Assembly (NCBI GenBank): GCA_046313635.1
Contig: JBKBYA010000001.1
Coordinates: 160,001-224,000, forward strand
Source of the DNA: Pyrinomonadaceae bacterium
Lineage (GTDB): Bacteria > Acidobacteriota > Blastocatellia > Pyrinomonadales > Pyrinomonadaceae
Direction of reading: 5' to 3'
DNA: 64,000 nucleotides
Each line of letters opens with the position of its first letter. The stretch's first letter is position 1. The position numbers and the translations under genes were made by a program. Below the pieces are notes generated by a model that saw only the letters and a list, made by a program, of their open reading frames with translations, did no database searches and was not told where the DNA came from. Shown here piece by piece: positions 17,424 through 27,321 of this stretch.

Positions 17424-18236
17424 TAGCTCAGCAGTAAATTCTACGATCGGGCGGATCAGGTCGGTGTCGTAGTTTGTCTTTACGTGCTGCATCACGGCGG
17501 TCATTCGCTCGAGGCCCATTCCGGTATCGACCGAGGGTGCGGGCAGCGGCGTCAGGGTGAATGTGCCGTCGTCGTTCTGCGTGCGGTTGTACTGCATAAA
17601 GACGAGATTCCAGATCTCCATCGTCGTGTCGCCGGGGCCGTTGACCCAGTGCGGCGAATTCTTTTCGGGGTCGGCCGGATCGTCGCCCATGTAGTAATGG
17701 ATCTCGCTGCACGGACCGCACGGGCCGGTGTCGCCCATCTGCCAGAAATTATCTTTGCGTCCAAAGCCGAGAATGCGTTCGGGCCGCGCGCCGACCTTTT
17801 CCCAGAGCGCGCGGGCCTCGTCGTCGGGCCCGACCTCGTCGTCGCCCTCGAAGACCGAGAACCACAGCCGCTCGGGATCGAGCTTGAATTCATTCACGAG
17901 CAGGTCCCAGGCAAAGCGGATCGCGTCCTCCTTAAAGTAATCGCCGAATGAAAAGTTGCCGAGCATCTCAAAAAACGTGTGATGCCGCGCCGTCTTGCCG
18001 ACCTCGTCGAGGTCGTTGTGCTTGCCGCCCGCACGTATGCACTTCTGCGACGTGACGGCCCGCGTGTATTCGCGCCGCTCGTTGCCGAGAAAGACGTCCT
18101 TGAACTGGTTCATTCCCGCGTTGGTAAAGAGCAGCGTCGGGTCGTTCGCCGGCAAAAGCGGCGACGAATGCACGACCTTGTGGCCATGGCGCTCGAAATA
18201 CTCGAGGAATTTCTGCCTGATCTCGTTTCCGGTCAT
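17403..18236 (-). CDS. alaS: Alanyl-tRNA synthetase N-terminal catalytic fragment (277 aa), truncated or split alaS
   Basis: [64 protein letters not shown]. Stops at a TAG inside the REP arm; tRNA-recognition, editing and C-Ala domains are absent. Confidence 0.9.
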   Translation of the reverse strand: MTGNEIRQKFLEYFERHGHKVVHSSPLLPANDPTLLFTNAGMNQFKDVFLGNERREYTRAVTSQKCIRAGGKHNDLDEVGKTARHHTFFEMLGNFSFGDYFKEDAIRFAWDLLVNEFKLDPERLWFSVFEGDDEVGPDDEARALWEKVGARPERILGFGRKDNFWQMGDTGPCGPCSEIHYYMGDDPADPEKNSPHWVNGPGDTTMEIWNLVFMQYNRTQNDDGTFTLTPLPAPSVDTGMGLERMTAVMQHVKTNYDTDLIRPIVEFTAELSQNHLR

Positions 18237-18355
18237 AAGCAAAAATTCTAGCACAGGCCAAAGCTCTCGACCGGCGGCGCAAAAAAGGCCGGCCCTCGCG
18301 CGAGTGCCGGCAAATTTCGGGGGAGACGGAACGTCTGCCGAATTAAAAAGTCCGA

Positions 18356-18958
18356 TTAACGTTTGAATTTCAGAGCCGCCGAATTTATGCAGTAGCGCAG
18401 ACCGGTCGGCTCCGGTCCGTCGTCAAATACGTGACCGAGATGGCCGCCGCAGCGAGCGCACAAAACCTCGGTCCGCGGCTCGCCGGGAAGGCTGTTGTCC
18501 GGATGCTCGATAACGTTCTTTTTGTAGATCGGCTCGTAGAAGCTCGGCCATCCGGTGCCGGATTCGAATTTGGCTTTAGAGCGAAACAGGGCCAGTCCGC
18601 ATGCCGCGCAGTAATAGACGCCGCGTTGATGATTGTTGGTGAGTTTACCGGTGTAGGCCCGTTCGGTTCCTTTCTGCCGCAGAATATAGAACTGCGCCGG
18701 CGTCAGCAGTTTTTTCCATTCTGCGTCGCTCCTTTCGATTTTGGCGCCGTCAAACTCGATCAGGTCGTACACGCCAAGGCCGGCCGTGTCGGCGGGCGAT
18801 CTTACGTCTGCCTTTCGAGACGGGGTAGCCGCGGCCAACGGAGCGACGAGATCGGCCGCGACCGCCGGCGTGCCGCGCGGCGAACCCCAAAAGACAAAAG
18901 AAAAGACAAAAGCGACGATCGAAAAAAATGCGACGCTCGCTAACAAGATGATTCTCAT
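18356..18958 (-). CDS. msrB: Peptide methionine sulfoxide reductase MsrB with N-terminal signal/anchor
   Basis: [45 protein letters not shown]. Confidence 0.93.
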   Translation of the reverse strand: MRIILLASVAFFSIVAFVFSFVFWGSPRGTPAVAADLVAPLAAATPSRKADVRSPADTAGLGVYDLIEFDGAKIERSDAEWKKLLTPAQFYILRQKGTERAYTGKLTNNHQRGVYYCAACGLALFRSKAKFESGTGWPSFYEPIYKKNVIEHPDNSLPGEPRTEVLCARCGGHLGHVFDDGPEPTGLRYCINSAALKFKR

Positions 18959-19162
18959 AACAAACCTTGATCGGCCGCCGTTTATGCCGAATAGAATATC
19001 GAGGCGGCCGCACAGTCTGTGTCTGAAGCCCAACCGTGGACTACGACGGCTCAAAATTGTCGATATTGTCGATCGACCCGCTCTGAGCGCGTAATCACGG
19101 CTGGGCGGCTGACACGACCCTCTCGGACACTGGCAAAGCCCGCCGGCAAAGGATCGTCGTCG

Positions 19163-19738
19163 TTAATTCGGCAGCATGACCGCGTCGACGACGTGGATCA
19201 CTCCGTTTGACTGTTTGACATCGGCGATCGTGACTCGCGACATACCACCCTTTTCATCGGTGAGCACGAGCGAGCGGCCCTGCATCCGTGCCTTAAGTGT
19301 GCCGCCTGAAACGGTCTTGAACGTCGCCGTTCCGTTGCCCTTCTTGATCGCTTTCATTATGTCCTTCGAGCTGAAATTGCCGGGGACGACGTGGTAGGTA
19401 AGTATCTTTACCAGCATCGCTTTATTTTCCGGCTTGAGAAGCGTATCGACCGTACCCGCCGGCAAAGCGTCGAAGGCGCTGTTGACCGGTGCAAAGACGG
19501 TAAAAGGGCCTTTGCCCGAGAGCGTCTCGACCAGGCCGGCCGCCTTCACAGCGGCGACGAGCGTCGTGTGATCGGCCGAGTTGACGGCGTTCTCGACAAT
19601 GTTTTTGGTCCGGTACATCGGAGCGCCGCCGACCATCGGATTATTGTTGCTGCCCATCGACTGGGCCGAAACGGACGAGACGCCTGCGACGACAGCCATG
19701 ATCGCGGCCGCGAATGTAGTTGCAAATAATTTCTTCAT
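19163..19738 (-). CDS. Secreted fasciclin (FAS1) domain protein
   Basis: TLVAAVKAAGLVETL.GKGPFTVFAP, ILTYHVV, SNGVIHVVDAV. Confidence 0.92.
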   Translation of the reverse strand: MKKLFATTFAAAIMAVVAGVSSVSAQSMGSNNNPMVGGAPMYRTKNIVENAVNSADHTTLVAAVKAAGLVETLSGKGPFTVFAPVNSAFDALPAGTVDTLLKPENKAMLVKILTYHVVPGNFSSKDIMKAIKKGNGTATFKTVSGGTLKARMQGRSLVLTDEKGGMSRVTIADVKQSNGVIHVVDAVMLPN

Positions 19739-19845
19739 AACACCTCTCAAGCTAGTTTGGATTCTTAAGGACACTGGTCCTGTTGATATTTATTTCGCGG
19801 TGGCAGTTGAAGTAGATTCAGATCTTCTCCGGTGAGACGATCCGG

Positions 19846-20409
19846 CTACAGGGCGTCTCCCTCCGCGCCGTCGGGCCGGATATTTGCGATCTCGCGCATT
19901 CGCGTGCCGACGAGATCGTATGAGAAGCCCTGCCGCAGCAGGTGGTCGTAAAACCTTTTTACGTCCTCGCGCGTCTCGGGCCGGCCCTTGAGACGGAGGC
20001 GCTTTTTGATCGCCTTATCGATCAGCTCGCTCTCGGGCATCTTTTCGAATGCGGCGTCGATGGCCTCCGAGACCGTTTCTTTGTCGAGCTTTTTTTGCGA
20101 CATCGTTTGCTGCAGGCGGCGGCGGCCCTGCGGCTTTTGCCTGAGCTTAGAGATGGCGAGGTCGCCGGCGTACTGCCTGTCGTCGAGATAGCCATAGTCG
20201 CTCAGCTTTTGGATCACGGCGTCGACGATCTCGGCGTTGGTCCACGATCTCTCGAGCAGACGCTCGCGCAGTTCACGCGTCGAACGCGGCTTTGCGGCGA
20301 GCAGTTTTACCGCGCGGTTCATCGTCCGCTCGCGCGACTTTGCCGGGTCTTTGATCTCGCGCGACTCGATCTCGTCGGGGCCTGGCTGCCTTTGTCTCTT
20401 TCGGAACAC
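19846..20409 (-). CDS. recX: Regulatory protein RecX
   Basis: AVKLLAAKPRSTRELRERL, GYLDDRQYA, LLRQGFSYD. GTG start at 20409 is inferred. Confidence 0.88.
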   Translation of the reverse strand: MFRKRQRQPGPDEIESREIKDPAKSRERTMNRAVKLLAAKPRSTRELRERLLERSWTNAEIVDAVIQKLSDYGYLDDRQYAGDLAISKLRQKPQGRRRLQQTMSQKKLDKETVSEAIDAAFEKMPESELIDKAIKKRLRLKGRPETREDVKRFYDHLLRQGFSYDLVGTRMREIANIRPDGAEGDAL

Positions 20410-20444
20410 TTGAGAAATTATAACCTCCAAAGAGAAAGATGTTC

Positions 20445-20525
20445 TGCCGCGGATTCACGCGGATCGCGCGGATATTAATCGTTCCGTCCCTTTCCGATCC
20501 GCGTCACCGGCGTCTATCCGCGGCA
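20445..20525. repeat. Inverted repeat element, CGCGGAT/ATCCGCG family
   Basis: tgccgcggattcacgcggatcgcgcggat ... atccgcg...atccgcggca. Related copies at 35563-35642 and 44284-44411. Confidence 0.8.
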
Positions 20526-20597
20526 AGTACATTCCTGCCTTTCGGAAAAATTCATTGAATCTCGCCGCGCCGAGACGCTAAGGTAAAAGTACGAACT

Positions 20598-21380
20598 ATG
20601 CTGTCTGAACAGATCAGGCTGCACGAGAATTTTGCCTCGGCGCATCTCGAGCACCCGCGAAACATACTCGTGTACACGCCGCCCGGCTACGCCGCCGATG
20701 CCGCACGCCGCTATCCGGTGCTCTATATGCACGACGGCCAAAATCTCGTGCGGCCCGAGGACGCATTCGGCGGCATCGTGTGGGCCGTCGACGAGAAAGC
20801 GCAGGCGCGGATCATGGCGGGCGAGGTCGAGCCGCTGATCATCGTCGGCATCTACAACACGCCGCACCGAGTCGACGAATACACGCACGTCAAGGCCGAA
20901 CGCGGGAAGATGCGCGGACACGGCGGCCGGGCCGACAGATACGGCCGTATGATCATCGAGGAGCTGAAGCCATTCATCGACGCCGAGTACCGCACTCGTC
21001 CCGAACGCGAATTCACAGGTCTCGGCGGCTCGTCGCTCGGCGGTCTGGTCTCGCTCTATCTCGGGCTCAAGCACCCGGACGTTTTCAGCCGGCTCGCGGT
21101 GATGTCGCCGTCGGCTTGGTGGGCAAACAACCAGATCATCCGCGACGCCGCGCGCATCGGCGAGCGTCTGCCGCTGCGGATCTGGCTCGACATCGGTAAA
21201 AAAGAAGGCTCGCGCATCAAGCACCAGGTGCGCGCGCTCAGAGAGATACTGCTCGCCAATGGCTGGCAGCTCGGCGCCGACCTCGCGTATTTCGAGATAC
21301 CCGGGGCGCGGCACGAGGAGTCTGCCTGGGCCGCACGCTTTGGCGAGGTGCTGAAGTTTTTGTATCCGGTGATCGGTTGA
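20598..21380 (+). CDS. Alpha/beta hydrolase, putative esterase (Fes/IroE-like)
   Basis: VYTPPGY, RYPVLYMHDGQN, GGSSLGG, HEESAW. Confidence 0.88.
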   Translation: MLSEQIRLHENFASAHLEHPRNILVYTPPGYAADAARRYPVLYMHDGQNLVRPEDAFGGIVWAVDEKAQARIMAGEVEPLIIVGIYNTPHRVDEYTHVKAERGKMRGHGGRADRYGRMIIEELKPFIDAEYRTRPEREFTGLGGSSLGGLVSLYLGLKHPDVFSRLAVMSPSAWWANNQIIRDAARIGERLPLRIWLDIGKKEGSRIKHQVRALREILLANGWQLGADLAYFEIPGARHEESAWAARFGEVLKFLYPVIG

Positions 21381-21385
21381 ACTGC

Positions 21386-21458
21386 CTTTGCGGCTCTTGA
21401 GCCTCTGCGGGAGAAAGATCTGCTTCCCGCAAAGACGCAAAGGCGCAAAGAAGCAAAG
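21386..21458. repeat. Inverted repeat element, CTTTGCG/CGCAAAG family
   Basis: ctttgcggctcttgagcctctgcggga...tcccgcaaagacgcaaaggcgcaaag. Confidence 0.8.
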
Positions 21459-21472
21459 ACGATCGAAATGAG

Positions 21473-21970
21473 ATGAAAGAGAAAGACGCGATCGAGCCTG
21501 GCGAGCTGACCGACGAGCAGAAGCGAGATAACGTCATCCGCTATGCATTCGGCGGCGACGTCGCGCGGCTGCAGCGGTTTTGCGAGACGCTCGCCGCGGA
21601 GCTCCCGCCGGAGACGGCGGCCGTGCTCGGCGGCAGTTCGGTCACGGGCTTTCGCTGGGAGGACGGCGAGCCTTTTGACGCCGGCGGGCCGGGCACGAGC
21701 GATATCGATCTCACGCTCGTCGGCGACGAGGTGCTGCAGCATTTTTCGCTTGCGGGATCTTACGTTCCCGGCGTACACACGCGGCCGCTGAATGACGAGA
21801 CGCTCGACATCGCGCCGGCGCTCGTGCCGCTGAGAGAAAAGCTGATGGAGATCGTCGACGGCCGGCCGGTCAACATCCAGGCGACGCGCGATTTTTATGT
21901 CTGGGTGCGTGAGCACTGGCTCGGCCAGCCGTATTTGCTGATCGTCGGCAAGGTCGGCGACGCGTCGTGA
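21473..21970 (+). CDS. Hypothetical protein with a Pol-beta-type nucleotidyltransferase-like motif
   Basis: LGGSSVTG...SDIDLTL; translationally coupled to the next gene. Confidence 0.55.
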   Translation: MKEKDAIEPGELTDEQKRDNVIRYAFGGDVARLQRFCETLAAELPPETAAVLGGSSVTGFRWEDGEPFDAGGPGTSDIDLTLVGDEVLQHFSLAGSYVPGVHTRPLNDETLDIAPALVPLREKLMEIVDGRPVNIQATRDFYVWVREHWLGQPYLLIVGKVGDAS

Positions 21971-22716
21971 TGCGGATCAGGCTGATGAGTTACAACATCC
22001 GCTTTGGCGGCGAGGCCCGCGACGGCCTGATCGCGTCGGTCGTGCGTGCCTGCGACGCCGACATCGTCGTTCTGCAAGAAGCGACAGATCCGGACGTAGT
22101 CGAGCGGATCGCGCGCGGAGCCGGTATGAGCACGTGGGCATCGCGGCCCGGTCACTCGACGGCGTTTCTCAGCCGCGTCGCGATCGAGAGTTTCCGGTGG
22201 ATAGAGCATCCAGAGGTACGTCGAACGTTCATCGAGATCAAGCCCGCCGGGTCTCATACCAAGATCTTTGGTGTGCATCTGAGCGCGGTGCATTCAAACT
22301 GGACCGAGCGGCGGCGCGTGCGCGAGCTGCGAGCGCTGCTGCACTGCATCAACGAGGACCGCAAAGATTTTCACGTCATCACGGGCGACTTTAATACGCT
22401 CGCGCCGGGCGAACGGCTCGAAATGCGGCGGCTGCCGCGGCGACTGCGGCTCGTCGCGCTCTTGCTCGGCGGGCGGGTTCGCTTTCGCACGATACAGATC
22501 ATGCTCGACGAAGGCTACACCGACGCGTATCGCCTGCTGCATCGGGACGAAGGCTACACGTTTCCCGTTTGGGACCCGCACGTGCGGCTCGATTACGTCT
22601 TTGTGCCGAGCATTGCAAAAGATTGCGTGCAAAGCTGCGCGGTCGTCGGCGACGCGCCAAACGTGCGCGAGGCCTCGGACCACTTTCCGCTGGTGGCCGA
22701 GATAGAGTTACCTTAG
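21970..22716 (+). CDS. Endonuclease/exonuclease/phosphatase (EEP) family protein
   Basis: SYNI, DIVVLQEA, GDFN, RLDYVF, SDHFP. Confidence 0.9.
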   Translation: MRIRLMSYNIRFGGEARDGLIASVVRACDADIVVLQEATDPDVVERIARGAGMSTWASRPGHSTAFLSRVAIESFRWIEHPEVRRTFIEIKPAGSHTKIFGVHLSAVHSNWTERRRVRELRALLHCINEDRKDFHVITGDFNTLAPGERLEMRRLPRRLRLVALLLGGRVRFRTIQIMLDEGYTDAYRLLHRDEGYTFPVWDPHVRLDYVFVPSIAKDCVQSCAVVGDAPNVREASDHFPLVAEIELP

Positions 22717-22719
22717 AAC

Positions 22720-22779
22720 CTTTGCGGTCTTTGCGTCTTTGCGGGAGCAATTTCCCGCAGAGCCGCAAAGACGCGGAGG
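22720..22779. repeat. Inverted repeat element, CTTTGCG/CGCAAAG family
   Basis: ctttgcggtctttgcgtctttgcggga...tcccgcagagccgcaaagacgcggag. Confidence 0.8.
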
Positions 22780-22791
22780 AGAGGAATCTTT

Positions 22792-23700
22792 TTGGACGGA
22801 ATTCTCATCATCGACAAGCCCTCGGGCCTCACATCTCACGATGTCGTCGCTCGCGTGCGGCGAATATTCAAGACGAAGCGCGTCGGTCACACCGGCACGC
22901 TCGACCCTTTTGCGACGGGCGTGATGGTCGTCGTCATCGGCCGCGCGACGCGGCTCGCGCAGTTTCTAGATAAGGACGTCAAAGAGTATGTCGCCGAGAT
23001 ACAATTCGGCGCCGAGACCGACACCGGAGACCTGACGGGCGAGTTGCGGGATGCTGAGACCTCGCCGACAAAGGACGACGTGACCGCGCGTCTCGCCTCA
23101 GTCGATTGGCAAGACACGATCGCACGATTCACCGGCGAGCAGATGCAGACGCCGCCGATGTACTCGGCAAAAAAGATCGGCGGGCGAAAGCTCTATGAGC
23201 TGGCGCGCAAAGGCGCGACCGTCACGCGCGACGCCGTCCCGATCAACATCTACGAGCTCGCGATCCTCGACGCCGACGCGATTACAAGCGAGGCCAAGCT
23301 CACGATCCGAGTCGTGTGCTCGGCCGGCACTTACATTCGCACACTTGCCGAAGACATCGGCCGTCACATCGGTATCGGCGCCCATCTGACCAAACTGCGC
23401 CGGACGGCGTCGGGAAGATTCGACCTCGGTCAGGCTTGTACGCTCGAATACCTGCACGAGCTGCCCGTTCCAGAAAATGCTCTGCTGCCGCTCGATGCGG
23501 CCGTCTCTCATCTGCCCGAGTTTCAACTGCCCGCCGAGCGTATCGCACCGACCCGCAGCGGAATGTCGACCCGCGTCGGCGAGACAAACTTTCGCGACGG
23601 CGACGCGGTGCGGATGACCGAAGCCGGCGGCAGCGTGATCGCGATCGGCGTATTTGACGCTGGCGACAACTCCATTCGTCCAAAGATCGTTCTGGTATAG
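22792..23700 (+). CDS. truB: tRNA pseudouridine(55) synthase
   Basis: DKPSGLTSHDVV, GHTGTLDPFATG, QTPPMYSAKK, CSAGTYIR. Confidence 0.95.
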   Translation: MDGILIIDKPSGLTSHDVVARVRRIFKTKRVGHTGTLDPFATGVMVVVIGRATRLAQFLDKDVKEYVAEIQFGAETDTGDLTGELRDAETSPTKDDVTARLASVDWQDTIARFTGEQMQTPPMYSAKKIGGRKLYELARKGATVTRDAVPINIYELAILDADAITSEAKLTIRVVCSAGTYIRTLAEDIGRHIGIGAHLTKLRRTASGRFDLGQACTLEYLHELPVPENALLPLDAAVSHLPEFQLPAERIAPTRSGMSTRVGETNFRDGDAVRMTEAGGSVIAIGVFDAGDNSIRPKIVLV

Positions 23701-23762
23701 AATGTTGCCAAAATCCCTCTGCGGCCTTTGCGTTTAAACTCTTTTCAGAAAAGTATCGGCCT

Positions 23763-24764
23763 ATGAAAAAGCGACACATAGCCCTCGGCATCGGCGGAGC
23801 GATCGGTGCGGCGATCGCCGTGAAGATGCTCACTCGTCCGAAGACCGTCGATTGGGACGACGTTTCGGGCGACGTGCCGCACAGCGAGCATTCGCACTTT
23901 ATCGCGGTGGACGGTGCACGCGTCCACTATCAGGAATTTGGCGAGGCGGCCGATCCGACACTGCTCCTGATCCACGGCTACACGGCGTCGGTCACGTCAT
24001 GGCGTACGTCGGCGCCGATGCTGGCCGCGCGCGGCTTTCGCGTGATCGCGATCGACCTGCTTGGTTTTGGCTACTCTGAGAAGCCTCCGTGGTTTGAATA
24101 CTCGATCACCGCGCAGGCCCGCGTCGTCGCGCGATTTATGAATCGCCTCGGCATCGGCCGCGCGACCATCGTCGGCAGCTCGTACGGCGGAGCGGTCGCG
24201 GCAACGCTCGCGCTCGATTATCCCGAACGTGTCGAAAAGCTCGTTCTCGTCTCGGCCGTTTCCGACGACGGCCCAAAGAATCTGCCGATCCTGCGACTCA
24301 GCGCTCTGCCCGGCATCGGCGAGGCGCTGACACCCTTTCTCGCCGGCTCGCGAGCGTTCTGGCGCTTCAGAATGCGTAACACGCTCGCTCCCGCTAATCA
24401 CCACCTGATCGACGACACGCGCGTCGCAAATGTCGTGAGACCGCTGCACGCCGCCGACGCTCACCACAGCCTGCTCGCGACCTCGCGTAACTGGTCGGCC
24501 GAGCGCGTCGGACGCGACGCGCAGTACATCAACCAGCCGACGCTGATCATCTGGGGCGAGGACGACCGCGTCGTCCCGATCGCAGGCGGTCATCGTCTGC
24601 ACGACGCGATATTGAATTCGCGCTTTGTCGTCCTGCGCGACTGCGGACATATGCCGGCCGAAGAAAAGGCCGAGCTCTTTACCGATCTCGTCACCGAATT
24701 TTGCCGCGACCGCAAGGGCAGGCTCGCCGCGAAGGACGACGACAAAATGCGTCTCGAAGCGTAG
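23763..24764 (+). CDS. Alpha/beta hydrolase
   Basis: LLIHGY, DLLGFGYS, GSSYGG, WGEDD, CGH. Confidence 0.88.
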   Translation: MKKRHIALGIGGAIGAAIAVKMLTRPKTVDWDDVSGDVPHSEHSHFIAVDGARVHYQEFGEAADPTLLLIHGYTASVTSWRTSAPMLAARGFRVIAIDLLGFGYSEKPPWFEYSITAQARVVARFMNRLGIGRATIVGSSYGGAVAATLALDYPERVEKLVLVSAVSDDGPKNLPILRLSALPGIGEALTPFLAGSRAFWRFRMRNTLAPANHHLIDDTRVANVVRPLHAADAHHSLLATSRNWSAERVGRDAQYINQPTLIIWGEDDRVVPIAGGHRLHDAILNSRFVVLRDCGHMPAEEKAELFTDLVTEFCRDRKGRLAAKDDDKMRLEA

Positions 24765-24769
24765 CGACT

Positions 24770-25222
24770 ATGGCCGCGGGAATGCGAGGCAAACTTATCG
24801 GGGCAGCCGCGGGATTTGTGTACTCGGTCGTCTATTCGTTTTTGGCGCTGATGGCGACCGGCGGCGGTCACGGGAATTTTATTTGGCTCTTTTTGTATTT
24901 CATTCCGGTGCTGGGGCCGCTTGTCTACTTTCCCGTGATGGGGTGGCTCGCCGCCGACCTCCGTTCGATCATCTCGCGGTCGGTCTATATCGCCCTTCTG
25001 ATTGGGGAATACCTCGTTCTGGCATCGCTGACGATCTTTGCCAAGGGCGATGTCGCCGCGGACAATGCAAAGACCTGGGAACGTAATCCCGAAGTCATGT
25101 ATTTCATGGGCGCAGTTTATCTGGCCGGTCAGGTGCCGCTGGTCTTGCTATTGATCAGGAGTTTTCTCCAGGACCGGTGGGAACGAGCCCGCGTCGAGAT
25201 GGACTATTCGAAATATCGATAG
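24770..25222 (+). CDS. Hypothetical membrane protein (about 4 TM)
   Basis: Four hydrophobic segments; GGGHG loop. Confidence 0.55.
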   Translation: MAAGMRGKLIGAAAGFVYSVVYSFLALMATGGGHGNFIWLFLYFIPVLGPLVYFPVMGWLAADLRSIISRSVYIALLIGEYLVLASLTIFAKGDVAADNAKTWERNPEVMYFMGAVYLAGQVPLVLLLIRSFLQDRWERARVEMDYSKYR

Positions 25223-25881
25223 TGCCCGGTAACCTTCCAGGCGAACAGGCGGTCCTCGAGCTGAACGCCGCCGCCGATGTTGTGAATGATCAGGTAGCGT
25301 CCCGTGCGCTCGTTACGAAGGTGGGACACGATCCCGATGTGCGTCATCCCTCGGCCGTCGAGGTCCCACGAGACGACGTCGCCCGGCCGGTAATTGTCGG
25401 CGGAGTTTGTAAGGGGCAAGGCCTTTCCGCGGCGAGAGAAAAAGGTTTGAAGGTTTGGCACCCGGCGATGGTCGATGTTTGTGTCGGGCCGCGGCAAGCC
25501 CCACTTTTTGGGATACGCCGCAAAGCTGCCGGCCATGTCCTCGTGAACTTCCTTTTGCAGATCGACGCCTGCCGCCCTGAACGCGCGGATCACGACGTCG
25601 GTGCACGAGCCCGTCTCGAGCGGCGGATCGCCGCCGGGATAATCGATCGTGAAATACTCCTGCGAGTAGCCCTTCGTTATCTCGGTCTGTCGAAGCGCGT
25701 TCTCGAGAAGCCGGCGGACCGCGGAGCTTTCGATCTGATCGAGCGGCGGCTGTTCGACCGTTTCGGATACGCTCGTGGACGAAGGCAGAGGCTCGCGCGG
25801 CAGCAGCGACGAGCAGCTCGTCAAAACTAGAATTGCTGCGAGCAGTGACAGACATGAACCGCATCGGAGGAGCAGGGCCAT
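25204..25881 (-). CDS. DUF1287 (YijF-like) lipoprotein
   Basis: YPGGDPP..GSCTDVVIRA, DTNIDHRRVPNL, HIGIVS, IHNIG. Confidence 0.88.
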   Translation of the reverse strand: MALLLRCGSCLSLLAAILVLTSCSSLLPREPLPSSTSVSETVEQPPLDQIESSAVRRLLENALRQTEITKGYSQEYFTIDYPGGDPPLETGSCTDVVIRAFRAAGVDLQKEVHEDMAGSFAAYPKKWGLPRPDTNIDHRRVPNLQTFFSRRGKALPLTNSADNYRPGDVVSWDLDGRGMTHIGIVSHLRNERTGRYLIIHNIGGGVQLEDRLFAWKVTGHYRYFE

Positions 25882-25903
25882 AGTCGACCGTTATTCTAAT
25901 CCA

Positions 25904-26710
25904 ATGAGCAAGCGGCACGAATACGTGTTCTTCGACGGCGAACTGCGGCGAGCTGCCGACGCCTCGATCGCCGCGCTGAGCCGCGCGGCGCTTTACGGCC
26001 GCGGCGTTTTTACGACGCTGCGTCTGATCGACGGCCGGCCGTTCCTGTGGGAAAAGCATTGGCGGCGGCTCGTCGATAATGCCGCGCGGCTGACGATCGA
26101 TCTAACCGATCATTCCGAGGACACGATCCTGGCCGCACGCGATGAGTTGATAAGCCAAAATGCAGCGACGAACGGGCGTGCCCGCATAACGATCTTTGAC
26201 GGGTCGCCGAGCCCGATGTGGCCGGCGGGGACCGAACGAGGGACAAGCGTTCTCATCTCGACCGCCGGCCCGCGCATCGCTCCGGCCGAATTTCGAATTA
26301 CGGTCTCGCCCTATCGGGTCAATTCGACCTCGCCGCTCGCCGGCGTCAAATCGTGCAATTATCTCGAGAATCTAATGGCGCTCGACGAGGCCAGGGAGCG
26401 CGGTTTTGACGAGGCCGTTCGTTTGAACGAGCGCGGCGAGGTCGCGTCGGCGTCGATGGCAAATATCTTCTGGCTGCGGGACGGACGGCTCTACACGCCT
26501 GCGCTTGCGACCGGCTGTTTGCCGGGCACGACGCGGGAACACATTCTGGAAAACGTGGAATGCTCAGAGGTCAGCGAGCCGGTCGACGCTCTGCATTGCG
26601 CCGACGCGATCTTTCTCACGTCGGCCGGGCTTGGAATTAAAAGCGTCGCGTTCTGGAATGACAAACCTCTCACGGGATCGAGCGACGCGATGCTGCGGTT
26701 GAGTTTCTGA
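25904..26710 (+). CDS. Aminotransferase class IV (PabC/IlvE-like)
   Basis: YGRGVFTTL, GVKSCNYL, GFDEAV, GCLPGTTR. Confidence 0.85.
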   Translation: MSKRHEYVFFDGELRRAADASIAALSRAALYGRGVFTTLRLIDGRPFLWEKHWRRLVDNAARLTIDLTDHSEDTILAARDELISQNAATNGRARITIFDGSPSPMWPAGTERGTSVLISTAGPRIAPAEFRITVSPYRVNSTSPLAGVKSCNYLENLMALDEARERGFDEAVRLNERGEVASASMANIFWLRDGRLYTPALATGCLPGTTREHILENVECSEVSEPVDALHCADAIFLTSAGLGIKSVAFWNDKPLTGSSDAMLRLSF

Positions 26711-26944
26711 CTGGCTTCGATGGACGTGCGGTGTGCGTTGATCGCGAGGATCTTTAAAGCGGATGAAGCGGATGGGCCGGATGATGCCGATCGGACACGG
26801 GTTAGTGGGCCGCACTCGTTTACGAGTTTATTCCTTTTGGCCGGATCCGTTCGATCGGGCGCATCCCCTGCCCAATTTCGCCGGTCGGCTAAAACGCTGA
26901 TCCAAGCGCGTTCACCGACGGTCCAATCCCTTCTGCCGAAGCGC

Positions 26945-26993
26945 AAAAACACGAATGCCCGCGGATCCGACGGTCCGCGAACATTCGTGTTTT
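26945..26993. terminator. Bidirectional hairpin terminator
   Basis: AAAACACGAATG..CGCGGA...TCCGCG..CATTCGTGTTTT. Confidence 0.65.
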
Positions 26994-27012
26994 CTTCGAG
27001 CTTGTCTTGCGG

Positions 27013-27222
27013 CTAGCCTGCCGTCTCGAAAAGCTGCAGGATCTGCTTGCCCTCGGCCGAACGCGGATCGATCGTGCGGATGTGCCTACGGCCCTGCATC
27101 TCCCAGATGGCCGTAACATTACCGTCCTTTTCGACGGCCTGATAGTGCATATCCTCCGCCTGCTCTTCCGTCGGCTCTTCGGGTGCCGCAGCCTCTGCCG
27201 CTTTCACTGCTTCTTCTGACAT
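27013..27222 (-). CDS. Small acidic hypothetical protein (69 aa)
   Basis: RBS GAGGAG, AT-rich upstream region, terminator downstream. Confidence 0.7.
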   Translation of the reverse strand: MSEEAVKAAEAAAPEEPTEEQAEDMHYQAVEKDGNVTAIWEMQGRRHIRTIDPRSAEGKQILQLFETAG

Positions 27223-27321
27223 CTAAACAAAAAATCTCCTCAAAACTATTATCAAAATTGAACTCTTTGAATGTTGAGATTCTGACACAGCGTGCCCGTG
27301 ATTGTCGAGGATTGTCGAGAG

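Noticed and set aside
18356..18420. MsrB as a selenoprotein
   Set aside because: The catalytic motif is RYCINS with a normal Cys codon.
26720..27016. 98-aa ORF or ncRNA in the gap after the aminotransferase
   Set aside because: The region is made of degenerate CGGAT-type repeat arms and a terminator; no recognisable protein or RNA motif.
27235..27256. Fur box upstream of the 69-aa gene
   Set aside because: Only one good half-site (TGATAAT), equally explained as an extended -10 element.
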